Source: a virus
Taxonomy: Duplodnaviria > Caudoviricetes
Reading direction: 5' to 3' (one strand)
IMG/VR virus record: IMGVR_UViG_3300036783_000172
Span: 1 to 40,715 of that record
DNA: 40,715 nt
Positions 1-10,028 of this stretch are shown in pieces. Both the position numbers and the translations under genes were made by a program. Each line of letters opens with the position of its first letter. The first letter of the stretch is position 1. The notes below the pieces were generated by a model. It had not been told where the DNA came from and made no database searches. It was given only the letters and a program-made list of their open reading frames with translations.

Positions 1-433
1 TCGCGGCCGCCGCGAACTGGAGCGTGTTGCCGTTGCCGAGGGTGACCGAGGTGATCGAGCCCTGGAGGTAGCGCAGCTTGGTCGCTGCCGAGTCCCAGAC
101 CTCGATCGCCACCACGGCCGACCAGGCGGCGCCAGCTGTCCAGCTGACCGCGTTGTTGTTGGTCGCCACCCCGGCGGCCGGCGTGCCGAACGCGGAGCTG
201 CCGAGCGAGCTGCCGCCCGCGGTGTAGCCGGTGGCAGACAGCTCGGTGCCGTTGGCCGTGTCGCTGCCCTGGGTGGTCATCAGCCGCAGGAAGAACGGCG
301 GGGTGACCGTGAAAGCGGATCCCCCGGATGTACCAGGCGTGATCGTGAACGTGGTGGAGCTGGAGTACAGCGCCTGCATCAGCTTGTTGACCAGGTTGTT
401 GCCACCCGTGTTCCGGTCGGTCATGTTCGGCAT
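1..433 (-). CDS. Minor tail/virion structural protein, runs off the left edge of the window
   Basis: Read manually: MPNMTDRNTGGNNLVNKLMQALY...LRLMTTQGSDTANGTELSATGY...VATNNNAVSW...VAIEVWDSAATK; Thr/Ser/Gly beta-rich, typical of small tail proteins; ATG 1 nt after the upstream gene's stop. Confidence 0.7.
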   Translation of the reverse strand, partial: MPNMTDRNTGGNNLVNKLMQALYSSSTTFTITPGTSGGSAFTVTPPFFLRLMTTQGSDTANGTELSATGYTAGGSSLGSSAFGTPAAGVATNNNAVSWTAGAAWSAVVAIEVWDSAATKLRYLQGSITSVTLGNGNTLQFAAAA

Positions 434-434
434 G

Positions 435-770
435 TCAGCTCACCGCCCCCAGGGGCACGATGCCAAGCCATCCCACGTTCAGCGGCCTGCAGACGGTGCA
501 GCCGTCCACCCCCGGCCAGCAGTGACCACCTGGACACGGCTCACCGGCCGGTGTCAGGTGGTTGCAGCCCGTCCCGTCCTCGCTCGGGTGCGGGCAGGCC
601 GCGCCACCGTGGCGTGCGTCCAGCGGCTGGCTGGTCTCCGGGCAGGCGTCGGCGGCGGCCTGGTGGTCGTGGACTTCGGGACAGCAGATACAGCTGACAG
701 CGCCTTGCAGGTTGTGGCCGTTGTCAGTGATCCCCGAAGCCCCGCACTGCTTGCAGGTCACTCGGTACAT
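435..770 (-). CDS. Cys/His-rich hypothetical protein
   Basis: Several CxxC/CxC motifs, RBS CAGGAGG, fits between neighbouring genes. Confidence 0.65.
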   Translation of the reverse strand: MYRVTCKQCGASGITDNGHNLQGAVSCICCPEVHDHQAAADACPETSQPLDARHGGAACPHPSEDGTGCNHLTPAGEPCPGGHCWPGVDGCTVCRPLNVGWLGIVPLGAVS

Positions 771-821
771 CGGTTACCTCCTGGTGCAATTGTGGCACGT
801 GATGCCAGCAAGGCAGCTGTG

Positions 822-1970
822 CTACTTGCCCTTCTTCTTCTTCTTGACCGGCGTGGTCCGCACCGGGATGGTGTCCACTGCGGCCTGCATGAGCGAGCCG
901 AAGTCGTGCCTGACCGAGTTGAACGGCGTGAGGGTGCCGACCCGGGCCCCGTCGTCCCACTGGTAGGCGCCCATCAGCAGGTTGATGGGCCCGCGGGTGA
1001 CCTCGCCGCTGAAGGCGAAGTCGGACAGGATGACCTGGCAGACCAACGCACTCAGGCCATCGGAGTAGAAGACCCCCGGATCCACCGGGGTGCCGCCCAT
1101 GTTGGTCAGCTGGCCGTACCGGATCGTGAACGAGTCGGTGAAACCGGCCCGGGTGAACCGCTTCAGTACCTGGTTGCCGACGCCCTGAGCCGTCGCGGCT
1201 GACAGCACCCCGGCACTCGACAGGTCGGTGTAGTCCTCGCGGCGCCCCTGGGCGTCGATGAGGGACTGCTGCACCACGCTGGTGGTGGTGAAGGTGCCCG
1301 CGCCCTGGTTGGTGTCGGCCGCGGACTGGTAGCGCAGGTACAGCGCGTTCGGGCCCTCGGCGATCGACTGGGAGGCGGGCGCGGTCGAGATCAGGATCCG
1401 GTTCGGCGCCGTCGGCAGCGCGTAGACGCTCAGCAGGTTGCCCCGCGGGCCGGACGCCACCGACCAGGTGAGCCCGCCTTTGGAGCATCCGAGGTTGAGC
1501 AGGTCGCTGATGGACTGGCTGGCCGAGTCCACCTGCTGCCCGGCCCAGATGTTGGCGACCGCGCCGATGTTGGTGCCCCGCACCCAGCCGAGCCCGCGGG
1601 TGATCGCCTGGTCCACCGCGTCGTTGAAGACACCCGTGCCCCAGGCCACTGAGTAGATCGCGCGGTAGTCGGTGCCCCAGCCGCCGGTCCCGTGGGCGGT
1701 GATGTTCCAGCTGTTGTCGCTGGCCGTCGGCTCATCGAGGATCCCCTGCCAGACGATCGAGCCCCCGCGGTAGGCGTAGACCAGGCGGCCGGGGTTCAGT
1801 GCCTCGGACCGGTTCCGGGCCGGCTTGAAGTAGGTGAGGCTCAGCTGGTCGCAGCCGCCGGGGGTGGTCCAGCTGTAGGTGGCCGGGCTCATGTGCCCCA
1901 GGTGTGACAGCGACAGCGGCTGGCCGCCTCCCGGCGGCACAGTCACTACCTGGGTGAGCCCGGCCCGCAT
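822..1970 (-). CDS. Minor tail protein (baseplate hub/Tal-like)
   Basis: 382 aa downstream of the Dit-like gene; 'VYAYRGGSIVWQGIL' beta pattern typical of siphovirus hub proteins; basic C-terminal tail. Confidence 0.65.
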   Translation of the reverse strand: MRAGLTQVVTVPPGGGQPLSLSHLGHMSPATYSWTTPGGCDQLSLTYFKPARNRSEALNPGRLVYAYRGGSIVWQGILDEPTASDNSWNITAHGTGGWGTDYRAIYSVAWGTGVFNDAVDQAITRGLGWVRGTNIGAVANIWAGQQVDSASQSISDLLNLGCSKGGLTWSVASGPRGNLLSVYALPTAPNRILISTAPASQSIAEGPNALYLRYQSAADTNQGAGTFTTTSVVQQSLIDAQGRREDYTDLSSAGVLSAATAQGVGNQVLKRFTRAGFTDSFTIRYGQLTNMGGTPVDPGVFYSDGLSALVCQVILSDFAFSGEVTRGPINLLMGAYQWDDGARVGTLTPFNSVRHDFGSLMQAAVDTIPVRTTPVKKKKKGK

Positions 1971-1973
1971 GAT

Positions 1974-2279
1974 TCAGCCGATCAGGAACTTGGCGTAAGC
2001 CAGCGGGTCACCCGCCGGGGCCGCCACCAGCCCGCCGCCTACCAGCCACTGGTAGATAGCGTGGGCCTGGTCGAGCGCGCCGACGATGTTTGCCTTGTCC
2101 GTTGCGTCATGAGGCGCCCCGGATCCGTAGAACTCCGCTGTGTCGAGCGTCCCGGCGGCGAGTTCGGCTGCTGTGCGGTTCCGCAGCGCATCGAGGTCAG
2201 CCAGTGCCTGGAGCGCCACCCCCACCCGGTCGGCCGCCCTGGATTCCAGGTACTGGCGGGTGAAATTGCCGAGAGCCAT
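1974..2279 (-). CDS. Small tail-associated hypothetical protein
   Basis: High-GC3 ORF with RBS AAGGGG in the tail operon. Confidence 0.65.
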   Translation of the reverse strand: MALGNFTRQYLESRAADRVGVALQALADLDALRNRTAAELAAGTLDTAEFYGSGAPHDATDKANIVGALDQAHAIYQWLVGGGLVAAPAGDPLAYAKFLIG

Positions 2280-2294
2280 GGATGCCCCTTCTGC

Positions 2295-2714
2295 TTAGTC
2301 GTCAAGCGGGTAGGTGCCGTACACGTCGAGGCGGGTCGCGTTGCCACCGCCGGCCAGGCCGAGGATTGTCACGGACCCGTCGGTGTTCACCACGACGGCG
2401 GCGGATTCGCTGCCGAGGGCGCCCGGGTTGGCCATGTGGTCGGTGGCGCCAGTGAGCAAGATGCTGCCGTTGGCGGGGCGGAACCCGGATGGGAGCCCGT
2501 TAGCGGATGACCAGATGACGGTTGCGTCAGTGGCGGTGCCGACGCGCAGGTTCCGCCACGCGATGACGAGCAGGCCGTCCATGGTCAGCCGGTACTTGGC
2601 ATGGGTGCCAATGGTCCAGCCGTTGCTCATCGTCCCCATCGAGGCCCAGGCAGTCGCGGTGCCTATAAGCGCGTTCAGCCGCTGCTCGGTGGTGACCGAC
2701 TTCTCTGACGTCAC
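2295..2714 (-). CDS. Tail fibre/receptor-binding tip-like protein
   Basis: 'LPSGFRP...VVVNTDGSVTI' resembles fibre C-terminal beta domains; GTG start overlaps the upstream TGA. Confidence 0.6.
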   Translation of the reverse strand: MTSEKSVTTEQRLNALIGTATAWASMGTMSNGWTIGTHAKYRLTMDGLLVIAWRNLRVGTATDATVIWSSANGLPSGFRPANGSILLTGATDHMANPGALGSESAAVVVNTDGSVTILGLAGGGNATRLDVYGTYPLDD

Positions 2715-5700
2715 GACAGCCGCTCCGTCCACCAGTACGGCGGGTAGAAGGCGGTCAGGCCCGGTGCCCCCTGGGCCGCGTAGACGAACACCCGGTTGTT
2801 GCCGTCCGGGTAGACCGCCAGCGGGCCACCGGAGAACCGCTCCACGTACTGCAGCGCGCTCACCGACTGGTCCCGGTCGGCCGAGCTGCCGAGGATCCGG
2901 CCGAGGTCACGGGAGCTGTCGGGCTGGTCGATCCAGATGTTGCTGTAGATCGAGCCGGACCCGACGTTGAGAAAGACCAGGTTTCCCTGGGTGTCGATCA
3001 GGACCACATCCAGGAACCGGTCGGCCGTGTTCGAGCTGGTCACCGTGAGTGCGAAGTAGGGCTGCAGCGAGCCGGGCGGCAGGTCGGCCAGTGGCAGGGT
3101 GACCGGGCCCATGTCCACATACGTCTGGGTGCCGAGCAGGTCGGTGGTCGGCGTGAGTGAGTTGCGCACCACGTTCTGGGTGAGCGCCACCCCGGACAGC
3201 GCCGGATACTGGCGCAGCTGCACCGTCAGGTTCCGGCTGGATCCCGGGGTGTTGAACGACGATGCCACCAGGTACATCGTGTAGGTGCCGTCGTAGCGGG
3301 CGTTGAGGTTGCCGAGGTTCGGGATCAGGTATTCGGTGGCGCCGTTGGGGGTGTCGGCCCCGTTGCCGACCGGGCACAGCGGGTTGAACGTGTCCGGGGC
3401 GTCCTTGCCCGGCACGTGGATCATGAGCGACTGCAGCGGGATCAGGCCGGTGGCGCCGTAGGTGAGCCGGACCTTGCCAGCGGCACCGGCCGCGCCTGCC
3501 CCGGACCCACCGCCGCCGCCGCCGCCGCCGGGCCCGCTGGTGGGTGAGTTGCCCGGGTTCCCGGCTGATCCCCCGCTGCCACCGGGGCCGCCGTCGTACA
3601 CAGCGCCAGCGCCGTGGCGGCTGGTGGCTGCATTGCCTTCTGAGCTGTCCCCGCCGGAGGAACCGCCACCGCCGCCGTCGGTGGTGGTCTGCCCGTTGGC
3701 GTTGGACTGCCAGCCGTTCCCGCCGTCGTTATGGACGTAGTTGACCGAGCCGGTGCCCCCCTTGCCTCCACCCCAGGCCGTGCTCTGCCAGCCGCCCTGG
3801 CCGCCGTGCCCGCGGACCTGCGGGCCGCCGGACCCGGACCAGAAGCTGTCCCCGCCGGATATGCCCTTGTTGCCCGCCGACCCGCCGGTCCCGGCCGCGC
3901 CGACGGTCGCTGGGAAGCTGCCGAGCGCGGTTACCGGGATGTTCAGCTCCATGGCGTACTCGCCACCGCCGCCGCCACCGCCGCCGCCGATCCCGGTGCC
4001 GTCCCCGGCCCCGCCACCACCCGTGCCCCACGCCTCGGCCTTGTCCACCTTGGACAGGCCGCCGGGGGCGGTCCAGGGGTTGCTGCCGGGTGTGGTGAAC
4101 TCGGCCACGGTCGAGAACGAGCCCGGGCCGGGTGCGGCCTGGATCGCCAGCGGGGACCGGGCGGTGCCCTTGATGCCGGGCAGCTGGTACAGCGCACCGC
4201 GGGCACCCGGCGAGCCGGTGGTGGTCGCCGCGGCCTGCACCAGGTTGAAGTAGGCGTCGGCCTGCAGCACCGGCCCGGCGGTCACGCCAGTGATGCTGAT
4301 GGCCCGCGGGTCCCACAGGTTCCACGCGGCGATCACGTACCGGGTGACGGTGGTGTAGTCGAAACCGGACGACATCTGCGGGATGTCGGCCGTCACCAGC
4401 TGCCAGTGCGGCTGGTTGACCAGCGCGCTGACGCTGCAGGTGCGCTTCAGGCCGAAGCTGACCTTATTGCCGGTGGCGTCGTACAGGGTGACCGCGAACT
4501 GGACCTTGCCCCGGTGCCACACCGGCCACTGATTGCTGGTGGTGCCGAGCCCGAACCAGAACTGGAACTTGGTCCGCCCGCTGATTGAGACCGCAGCGCT
4601 CAGCTGATGGTCATATGTGGGGTTGTTCCGGTTGACTCTCGACCAATGGGCGCTGAAGCTGCCCTGGGCAGCCGAGCTGCTGCGCGACCAGGCCAGCGTG
4701 GTGTCAGCCGAGTAGACCGGGCCGCGGTCGAGCGACACGTCATCCACGTAGTGGACCTCGTTCGCCGCACCGGTCGAGACGACCTGGCCGTTCGGCCGGC
4801 ACCAGGCTGAGCCGGCCGGTGCGGTGACCGCCGCTGTCGCCTGGGTCCAGGCCGAGGTCGAGTCGGTGATGTTGCCGCCGCGGACGGTGGAGATGAAGGT
4901 GCCCAGCGAGTCGTAGAAGTCCACCCCGATGTTGCACGACCGGGACGACACCGCGGTGCGGAACCAGGCTTTGGCGTTGATCGTGTCCCCGGACGTGCAG
5001 GCCATCCCCTGGGTCAGGATGTTGCCGGCCTGGAAGCAGGCAGCCTGCATGCTGCCGCTGGCTGAGCTGGTCAGCTGCAGGGAGTGGGTGCCTGCGTGCG
5101 CCTGCGCCGTAGTGACGGCCAGGACGGAGTTGCCCGTGGTGACCCACTGGCCGCTGCCGGACTCGAAGGTCGAGTTGTCCTGGCCGAGGTAGGGCAGCAG
5201 GAAGTTGGTGGTCCCGGTGAAGTCGTCCACCGTCACCGTGGAAGGCGGTGGTGACCACTGCGCGGCCGGGCTGTTGAACTGCAGGATCTCCTGGGTGTCC
5301 GACCGGGCGTATGGGAACGCCTGGAAGGTGATGTCAACCTGGGAGACCAGGTTCTGCTCGATGCGGATCGAGTAGTGGTTGACGATCGTCGCCAGGCCCA
5401 TGCAGTCGAAGATCAGCGGGTCGGCGCCGTCGCGGGTCCAGACCAGCGTCCACTGGTCCTCGCTGGTCAGTTGCAGCAGCAGCTCGCGCGCCCCGGCCAG
5501 GGTGAGCCGGTCGGCCTGGGCGTTGCCGGTGGACGGCACCCGCATGACCACCGGCAGGGTCGGGGTCCGGTTGGACGCCCGGAAGCCGCTGACCACCTCG
5601 CCGTCCAGCAGGAGCCCGGCCACCTGCTCGGAGGTCATCTGCGGGGCCGACAGGTCGAAGCCGGAGCCGAGCTGGAAGTAGGCGCCCGCGGCCTGTGGGT

Positions 5701-5767
5701 GGGTGCTGGCTACCCCGCCGCCCAGCAGCTCGATGATCCCGCCGATCACCAGGGAGTCAGTCATCAC
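2711..5767 (-). CDS. Large minor tail protein (Dit-like, with carbohydrate-binding and Gly-rich insertions)
   Basis: First gene after the tape measure; CBM4/9-like jelly roll (NSTFESGSGQW...HYVDDVSL); long Gly-rich segment. Confidence 0.75.
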   Translation of the reverse strand: MMTDSLVIGGIIELLGGGVASTHPQAAGAYFQLGSGFDLSAPQMTSEQVAGLLLDGEVVSGFRASNRTPTLPVVMRVPSTGNAQADRLTLAGARELLLQLTSEDQWTLVWTRDGADPLIFDCMGLATIVNHYSIRIEQNLVSQVDITFQAFPYARSDTQEILQFNSPAAQWSPPPSTVTVDDFTGTTNFLLPYLGQDNSTFESGSGQWVTTGNSVLAVTTAQAHAGTHSLQLTSSASGSMQAACFQAGNILTQGMACTSGDTINAKAWFRTAVSSRSCNIGVDFYDSLGTFISTVRGGNITDSTSAWTQATAAVTAPAGSAWCRPNGQVVSTGAANEVHYVDDVSLDRGPVYSADTTLAWSRSSSAAQGSFSAHWSRVNRNNPTYDHQLSAAVSISGRTKFQFWFGLGTTSNQWPVWHRGKVQFAVTLYDATGNKVSFGLKRTCSVSALVNQPHWQLVTADIPQMSSGFDYTTVTRYVIAAWNLWDPRAISITGVTAGPVLQADAYFNLVQAAATTTGSPGARGALYQLPGIKGTARSPLAIQAAPGPGSFSTVAEFTTPGSNPWTAPGGLSKVDKAEAWGTGGGGAGDGTGIGGGGGGGGGEYAMELNIPVTALGSFPATVGAAGTGGSAGNKGISGGDSFWSGSGGPQVRGHGGQGGWQSTAWGGGKGGTGSVNYVHNDGGNGWQSNANGQTTTDGGGGGSSGGDSSEGNAATSRHGAGAVYDGGPGGSGGSAGNPGNSPTSGPGGGGGGGGSGAGAAGAAGKVRLTYGATGLIPLQSLMIHVPGKDAPDTFNPLCPVGNGADTPNGATEYLIPNLGNLNARYDGTYTMYLVASSFNTPGSSRNLTVQLRQYPALSGVALTQNVVRNSLTPTTDLLGTQTYVDMGPVTLPLADLPPGSLQPYFALTVTSSNTADRFLDVVLIDTQGNLVFLNVGSGSIYSNIWIDQPDSSRDLGRILGSSADRDQSVSALQYVERFSGGPLAVYPDGNNRVFVYAAQGAPGLTAFYPPYWWTERLS

Positions 5768-8700
5768 ACCCCCGAGACCGAGTAGCGGGAACGGTATGCG
5801 GCGCTGCGGGTGGCCCCGTTGAGCGCGTCACCGACGGCAGCGCCGGTCTCGCCCGCGTTGCGCCGGACGGCGGCGATCAGGCGGTCCAGCTTCGCTTCCA
5901 TGCCGGTCGTGCCGGGCCAGGTGGCCCGGTTCTCATGCACCGCCGCGGCCAGCGCCATGAACGCCTGCGACTGGCTGGGGTTCAGCACCGCCTCGCGCTG
6001 GCCGGTCGAGTTCTGGACGATGTTGGCCCCCGGGTGCAGCCAGCCGCCCTTGTCCATGAAGCTGCGGTAGGCGCCGTCGTTGAATGTGACCCACGGCCGG
6101 AACGAGTTGCCGGCGTGCCGCCACAGCCAGACAGCTGCCCTGGCGTTGTTGGCCGAGTTGAGCAGGTTGCCGAACATGCCGTTCTGGCTGATGCCCGAGG
6201 TGGGGGTGATCTGCCACGGTCCCCAGCCGGTCAGGCCGGGCGGCTGGCCCTGCTGCTTGATTGAGCGCCCGCCGGACTCGGCCATGCCGATCGCCCCGGC
6301 GATGTGCGCGATCAGGCCGCCGGGCCCGCCCGCACCCGTCCACAGCCGCTCCAGGCCGGCCAGGTCGCCGGGCCCCACGTTGCCGAGGCCGGCGTGGCCG
6401 GGCGGCACGCCCGTGAACATGAGCGGCATCGAGCGCAGCGGCACGATCTGCGGGCCGAGCCCGCCGCCCTGGCTGATCACGTTGCCCTTGAAGCCGACGA
6501 TCGCCACGTGGCCCGGTGGTGGCCCGCCAGCTGGGCTGTTGTAGAGCGCCAGCCCGCCGGTCTGCGGAGCGCCGCGCTTCACCCAGGCGCCCTGGCCTTC
6601 CGACGTCCGGGGGGCGGTGATGCCGAAATGCCGGTAGACCGACTGGACGAAGCCGGAGCAGTCGGCCCCGCCCGGCACGGCGGTCCCGCCCCAGACGTAG
6701 GGGATCTTGCCGGCGAACGACATCGCGTAGCGGGCGACGTCGGCTCCCCGGCCGCCGAGCCCGCCCCCGCCAAAGCCGAGCAGGGTGTGGACCGCATCAG
6801 CCAGCAGCCGGGCCGGGACGTCGGCCAGCAGCCGGGCCATGTCACCGGTCGCGCCGCCGGTCCCGGACGGGATCAGCCCGCTGATCGCGTTGGTCAGCGC
6901 CTTGGTGTTGCCGGTGGCGACCGCGGCCACCGCCTTGGCGATGTCGGCGGCCTTACTGAAGATCGAGGACGTGGTGCCATGGAAGTGGGACGGGTCCAGG
7001 CCGGTGCGTGCCTGGCCAGCACCGATCGGGCCCTGGCCGGTCCCGCCGCCACGGGCGTAGCCGGGCACGCCCACGTGCCGGAACGCGGCCAGCATCGCCG
7101 GGTGGCGGCTGTCGTCCTTGGAGACCACCGTCTCGCCGGGCTCCAGCAGCGCGGGCAGGACGTCACCGCCGCCGTAGCCGGGCAGGCGCCCGCCGCGCTG
7201 CAGCCCGAACGGGTGGACCGCGGAGATGTGCGGGCCGCCGACCTTGCTGCTCACCCAGTCGAAGGCCGAGATCAGCCCGTTGATCACGTGGTCGATCACC
7301 CAGGCCACGGGGGTGCGGACCACGTTCTCGATGGCGTGCCAGCCGGTACGGACCGCGGAGACCGCCTGGCTCCACCAGCTGGGGAAGTCGTTCAGCAGCA
7401 GCCGCTTGATCGGCTGGAAGATGTCGTTGTCGAGGAAGTGCCAGGCGTCCAGCGCCGCGCCCTTGATGTCACCCCAGGCCTGTTTCCAGTGGTCGCGCAC
7501 GAACCCGATGGCCAGCCGGATCAGGGTCAGCTGCGGGATCAGGAACTGGCCCCAGCCGTGGGTGAGGAAGTTCCAGGCGTCGGACGCCACCGACTTGATG
7601 AACTTCCACACGGTGTCCCAGTGCTTGACCAGCAGGGTGAGGGCGCCAATTATGGCGACGATGACGATGATGATCAGGCCGATCCCGGTGGCGGCCTCGG
7701 CGATGGCCAGGATCCCCCAGGCGACTGCCGCGGCCAGGATCAGCTTGGTGAGGATCGGGAAGTGGGTCAGCAGCGCCGTGATGCCGGTGAGGACCGTGGT
7801 CAGCCCGGCGGCCAGCAGGTTGATCAGGATGATAGAGAGCTGGGTTATCAGCGTGATGATCTGGGGCAGGACGGGTGCCAGCTGCTGGGCGACCAGGTTA
7901 ATCAGCCTAGCCAGCGAGGGGACGATCTTCTCCAGCGCGCTGCCGAGCGCGGCGAACACACCGCTGTTCTCCAGCACGGTGAACACCCGGGACAATGCCC
8001 CGGCGAAGATCTTGATGGCGGGCTGGATGTCGATCAGCAGCCGGGCCAGTGCCCCGAACGCGGACACCAGATCCTTCAGGATCGCCCCGGCGAGCGCGGC
8101 GAAGACCCGGCCGAGGATCACCAGGCTGGGCTCCAGCGCTTTCAGCACCCGGGCGAAGTCGCGGAGGACCGGAGCCAGGGCCTGGGCGAATATCCCGGCC
8201 AGCTTGCCGATGACCGGCAGCAGGGTGGCGAGCACCGACCCGACTGCCCGGAGCACCACATCGCTGGCCCTGATGGCAGGGGCCATGGCGGCAAAGAAGC
8301 CGCCGAGCCCCTTGCCCAGGATGCCCAGCACATCCGCTACCGCCCGGACCGCGGGTGCTGCCGCGTGCATCAGGGTGATCAGCCCGGGCAGGATCCCGGC
8401 GACGAGCCGGCCGAGCCCGTCCAGCAGCGGCCGGAGCAACGGGGCCGCCGCACGGAACGCCTTGCCGAGCAGGGGCAGGAGCATCCTGGCGATGTCACCA
8501 AGCCCGTGGATCAGCGGGCTCGCCAGGGTGAACGCGGACTTGAAGAACGTGTTGAGCGGGCCGGACAGCCCCTGCAGCAGGTGGGACACCTGGGTCAGTG
8601 ACTTGGCGAACATCGGGGCCATGGCCCCGGTGAAGTTCTGCCACCAGTTGCTGATCTGGGACTGGGCCCGGTACATCTGCTGCTGGGCTGCGGGCAGCCG

Positions 8701-9321
8701 GGACACCGCCTGGTTGAGTGACGCTGTCTGGGCGGCCAGTGCCTTCTGCTGGGCGGGCGAGACAGCGGTCAGCTGGGCGTTCTGGATCCGCTGCTGCAGC
8801 GCCAGCAGCGGGGCCACCTGCTGGTTGGCGCCCTTGAACGCCACGCCGAGCGCCCCCACCCCGACACCGGCCACGCCGAGCGGGGCGAGCCCGCCGAGCA
8901 GTGAAGGCAGCAGCGCACCCCCGGCGGCGACACCCCCGGCGATCAGGGAGCCCTTGGTCCCGAGCCCGAGAATGCCCGGGCCGATGCCTTTGGCCAGCCG
9001 GGACAGGAACGATTGCTGCGCCTGCGCCTGCTGGCCGGCCTGTGCCCGGCCTGCGTTCGGGGACGACAGGCCGAGCAGGGTGGACATGAGCGACCCGTGG
9101 CCGCTGCTGCCGCGCCTGACCGCGTCCTGGGTGACCTGCCGGTCCAGCTGCTCCATCTGGCGCCGGAACTGCCCGGCCTGCTGCGGGGAGATGGACAGCC
9201 TGACACGGTCCTGGGCGGTCTCGGACTGACGGGCCCGCGCCTGGGCAGCGCGCAGCTTGCGGTCGAAGTCCTGCGTGTCCAGGTCGAGGCGGGCGATGAT
9301 CGTCCCGGCATCGAACGCCAT
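5764..9321 (-). CDS. Tape measure protein with C-terminal NlpC/P60 and lytic transglycosylase domains
   Basis: 1185 aa, 'AGTIIARLDLD' start, long amphipathic repeats with periodic W; YVWGG..DCSGFV..HVAI (NlpC/P60); AESGG..GPWQI..NARAA (SLT). Confidence 0.92.
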   Translation of the reverse strand: MAFDAGTIIARLDLDTQDFDRKLRAAQARARQSETAQDRVRLSISPQQAGQFRRQMEQLDRQVTQDAVRRGSSGHGSLMSTLLGLSSPNAGRAQAGQQAQAQQSFLSRLAKGIGPGILGLGTKGSLIAGGVAAGGALLPSLLGGLAPLGVAGVGVGALGVAFKGANQQVAPLLALQQRIQNAQLTAVSPAQQKALAAQTASLNQAVSRLPAAQQQMYRAQSQISNWWQNFTGAMAPMFAKSLTQVSHLLQGLSGPLNTFFKSAFTLASPLIHGLGDIARMLLPLLGKAFRAAAPLLRPLLDGLGRLVAGILPGLITLMHAAAPAVRAVADVLGILGKGLGGFFAAMAPAIRASDVVLRAVGSVLATLLPVIGKLAGIFAQALAPVLRDFARVLKALEPSLVILGRVFAALAGAILKDLVSAFGALARLLIDIQPAIKIFAGALSRVFTVLENSGVFAALGSALEKIVPSLARLINLVAQQLAPVLPQIITLITQLSIILINLLAAGLTTVLTGITALLTHFPILTKLILAAAVAWGILAIAEAATGIGLIIIVIVAIIGALTLLVKHWDTVWKFIKSVASDAWNFLTHGWGQFLIPQLTLIRLAIGFVRDHWKQAWGDIKGAALDAWHFLDNDIFQPIKRLLLNDFPSWWSQAVSAVRTGWHAIENVVRTPVAWVIDHVINGLISAFDWVSSKVGGPHISAVHPFGLQRGGRLPGYGGGDVLPALLEPGETVVSKDDSRHPAMLAAFRHVGVPGYARGGGTGQGPIGAGQARTGLDPSHFHGTTSSIFSKAADIAKAVAAVATGNTKALTNAISGLIPSGTGGATGDMARLLADVPARLLADAVHTLLGFGGGGLGGRGADVARYAMSFAGKIPYVWGGTAVPGGADCSGFVQSVYRHFGITAPRTSEGQGAWVKRGAPQTGGLALYNSPAGGPPPGHVAIVGFKGNVISQGGGLGPQIVPLRSMPLMFTGVPPGHAGLGNVGPGDLAGLERLWTGAGGPGGLIAHIAGAIGMAESGGRSIKQQGQPPGLTGWGPWQITPTSGISQNGMFGNLLNSANNARAAVWLWRHAGNSFRPWVTFNDGAYRSFMDKGGWLHPGANIVQNSTGQREAVLNPSQSQAFMALAAAVHENRATWPGTTGMEAKLDRLIAAVRRNAGETGAAVGDALNGATRSAAYRSRYSVSGV

Positions 9322-9572
9322 CAGCCACCTCCCTGTTTACGCCTGCGCTCGGACTCCAGCCCGGCCCGCATAGCAGCCAGGTCGATGACGTCTGTCCCGG
9401 CGTCCACCTGCTCGCGGTGGGTGGTCTCTTCCGGCATCCCGTCGCCGCTCTGGAACGACAGGGTGCCGTCGGCTTCGAGGCCTTCCAGGTAGGTCTGCTG
9501 GATGTCCCACCCCAGGGCGTCCCATTCGGCCGGGCTCAGCTGGAAGTAGCGGCGGACGGTGTAGAGGATTAC
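9321..9572 (-). CDS. Tail assembly chaperone second segment (gpT-like), -1 frame, no convincing start of its own
   Basis: VILYTVRRYFQLSPAEWDALGWDIQQTYLEGL...GGG*; its TGA overlaps the tape-measure ATG; the frame is open back into the upstream chaperone gene. Confidence 0.75.
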   Translation of the reverse strand, partial: VILYTVRRYFQLSPAEWDALGWDIQQTYLEGLEADGTLSFQSGDGMPEETTHREQVDAGTDVIDLAAMRAGLESERRRKQGGG

Positions 9573-10018
9573 CCGGCGGCTGCGGACCGCAGCTGAGTGA
9601 CCGCCGCGGTCCCAGCGCCGGGGCCGACTTCCGGGTTGATCACCTCCGACTGCACCCAGCCGTAGAAGTGGGCACGCACCCGGAGCGGCAGCGCCAGCAG
9701 CTGCTCCTTGCTGGGCTTGCCGTCACACAGCTCGGCGAACAGCCCGGCGGTGTCAGACATGAACGACACGAAGGCGTCCCCGGTCAGGCTGGAGATGGCT
9801 TCCAGCATCTCGTCGGGGGTCGCGTCGGGGCCGAGCTGGCCGCCGGCCATTCCCTGGGCCTCGGAGTACAGCTTCTTCAGCCCGTCCAGGAACCGGCCGA
9901 TGGCTGCGTCCGAGGGCTCGGGGATGACCCCCCTGGCGTGCTTCAGCGCGGTGATCTTGGTAGTGGAGAAGTCCCACTCCAGGGACTCCACCACGGTGCC
10001 AGCATCGAACTTGGGCAT
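9569..10018 (-). CDS. Tail assembly chaperone (gpG-like)
   Basis: Lies between the major tail and tape measure genes; ends ...FYGWVQSEVINPE... Confidence 0.8.
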   Translation of the reverse strand: MPKFDAGTVVESLEWDFSTTKITALKHARGVIPEPSDAAIGRFLDGLKKLYSEAQGMAGGQLGPDATPDEMLEAISSLTGDAFVSFMSDTAGLFAELCDGKPSKEQLLALPLRVRAHFYGWVQSEVINPEVGPGAGTAAVTQLRSAAAG

Positions 10019-10028
10019 GCGCAGCCTC

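Noticed and set aside
3480-4030. GCC/CCG tandem repeats
   Set aside because: These are glycine codons of the tail protein, not an independent repeat array
6304-9229. Long plus-strand ORFs (e.g. 6304..8601, 7226..9229; also 12737..14497, 23162..24685, 26430..28244)
   Set aside because: Antisense shadows of high-GC minus-strand genes; no recognisable motifs and they fully overlap well-supported CDSs
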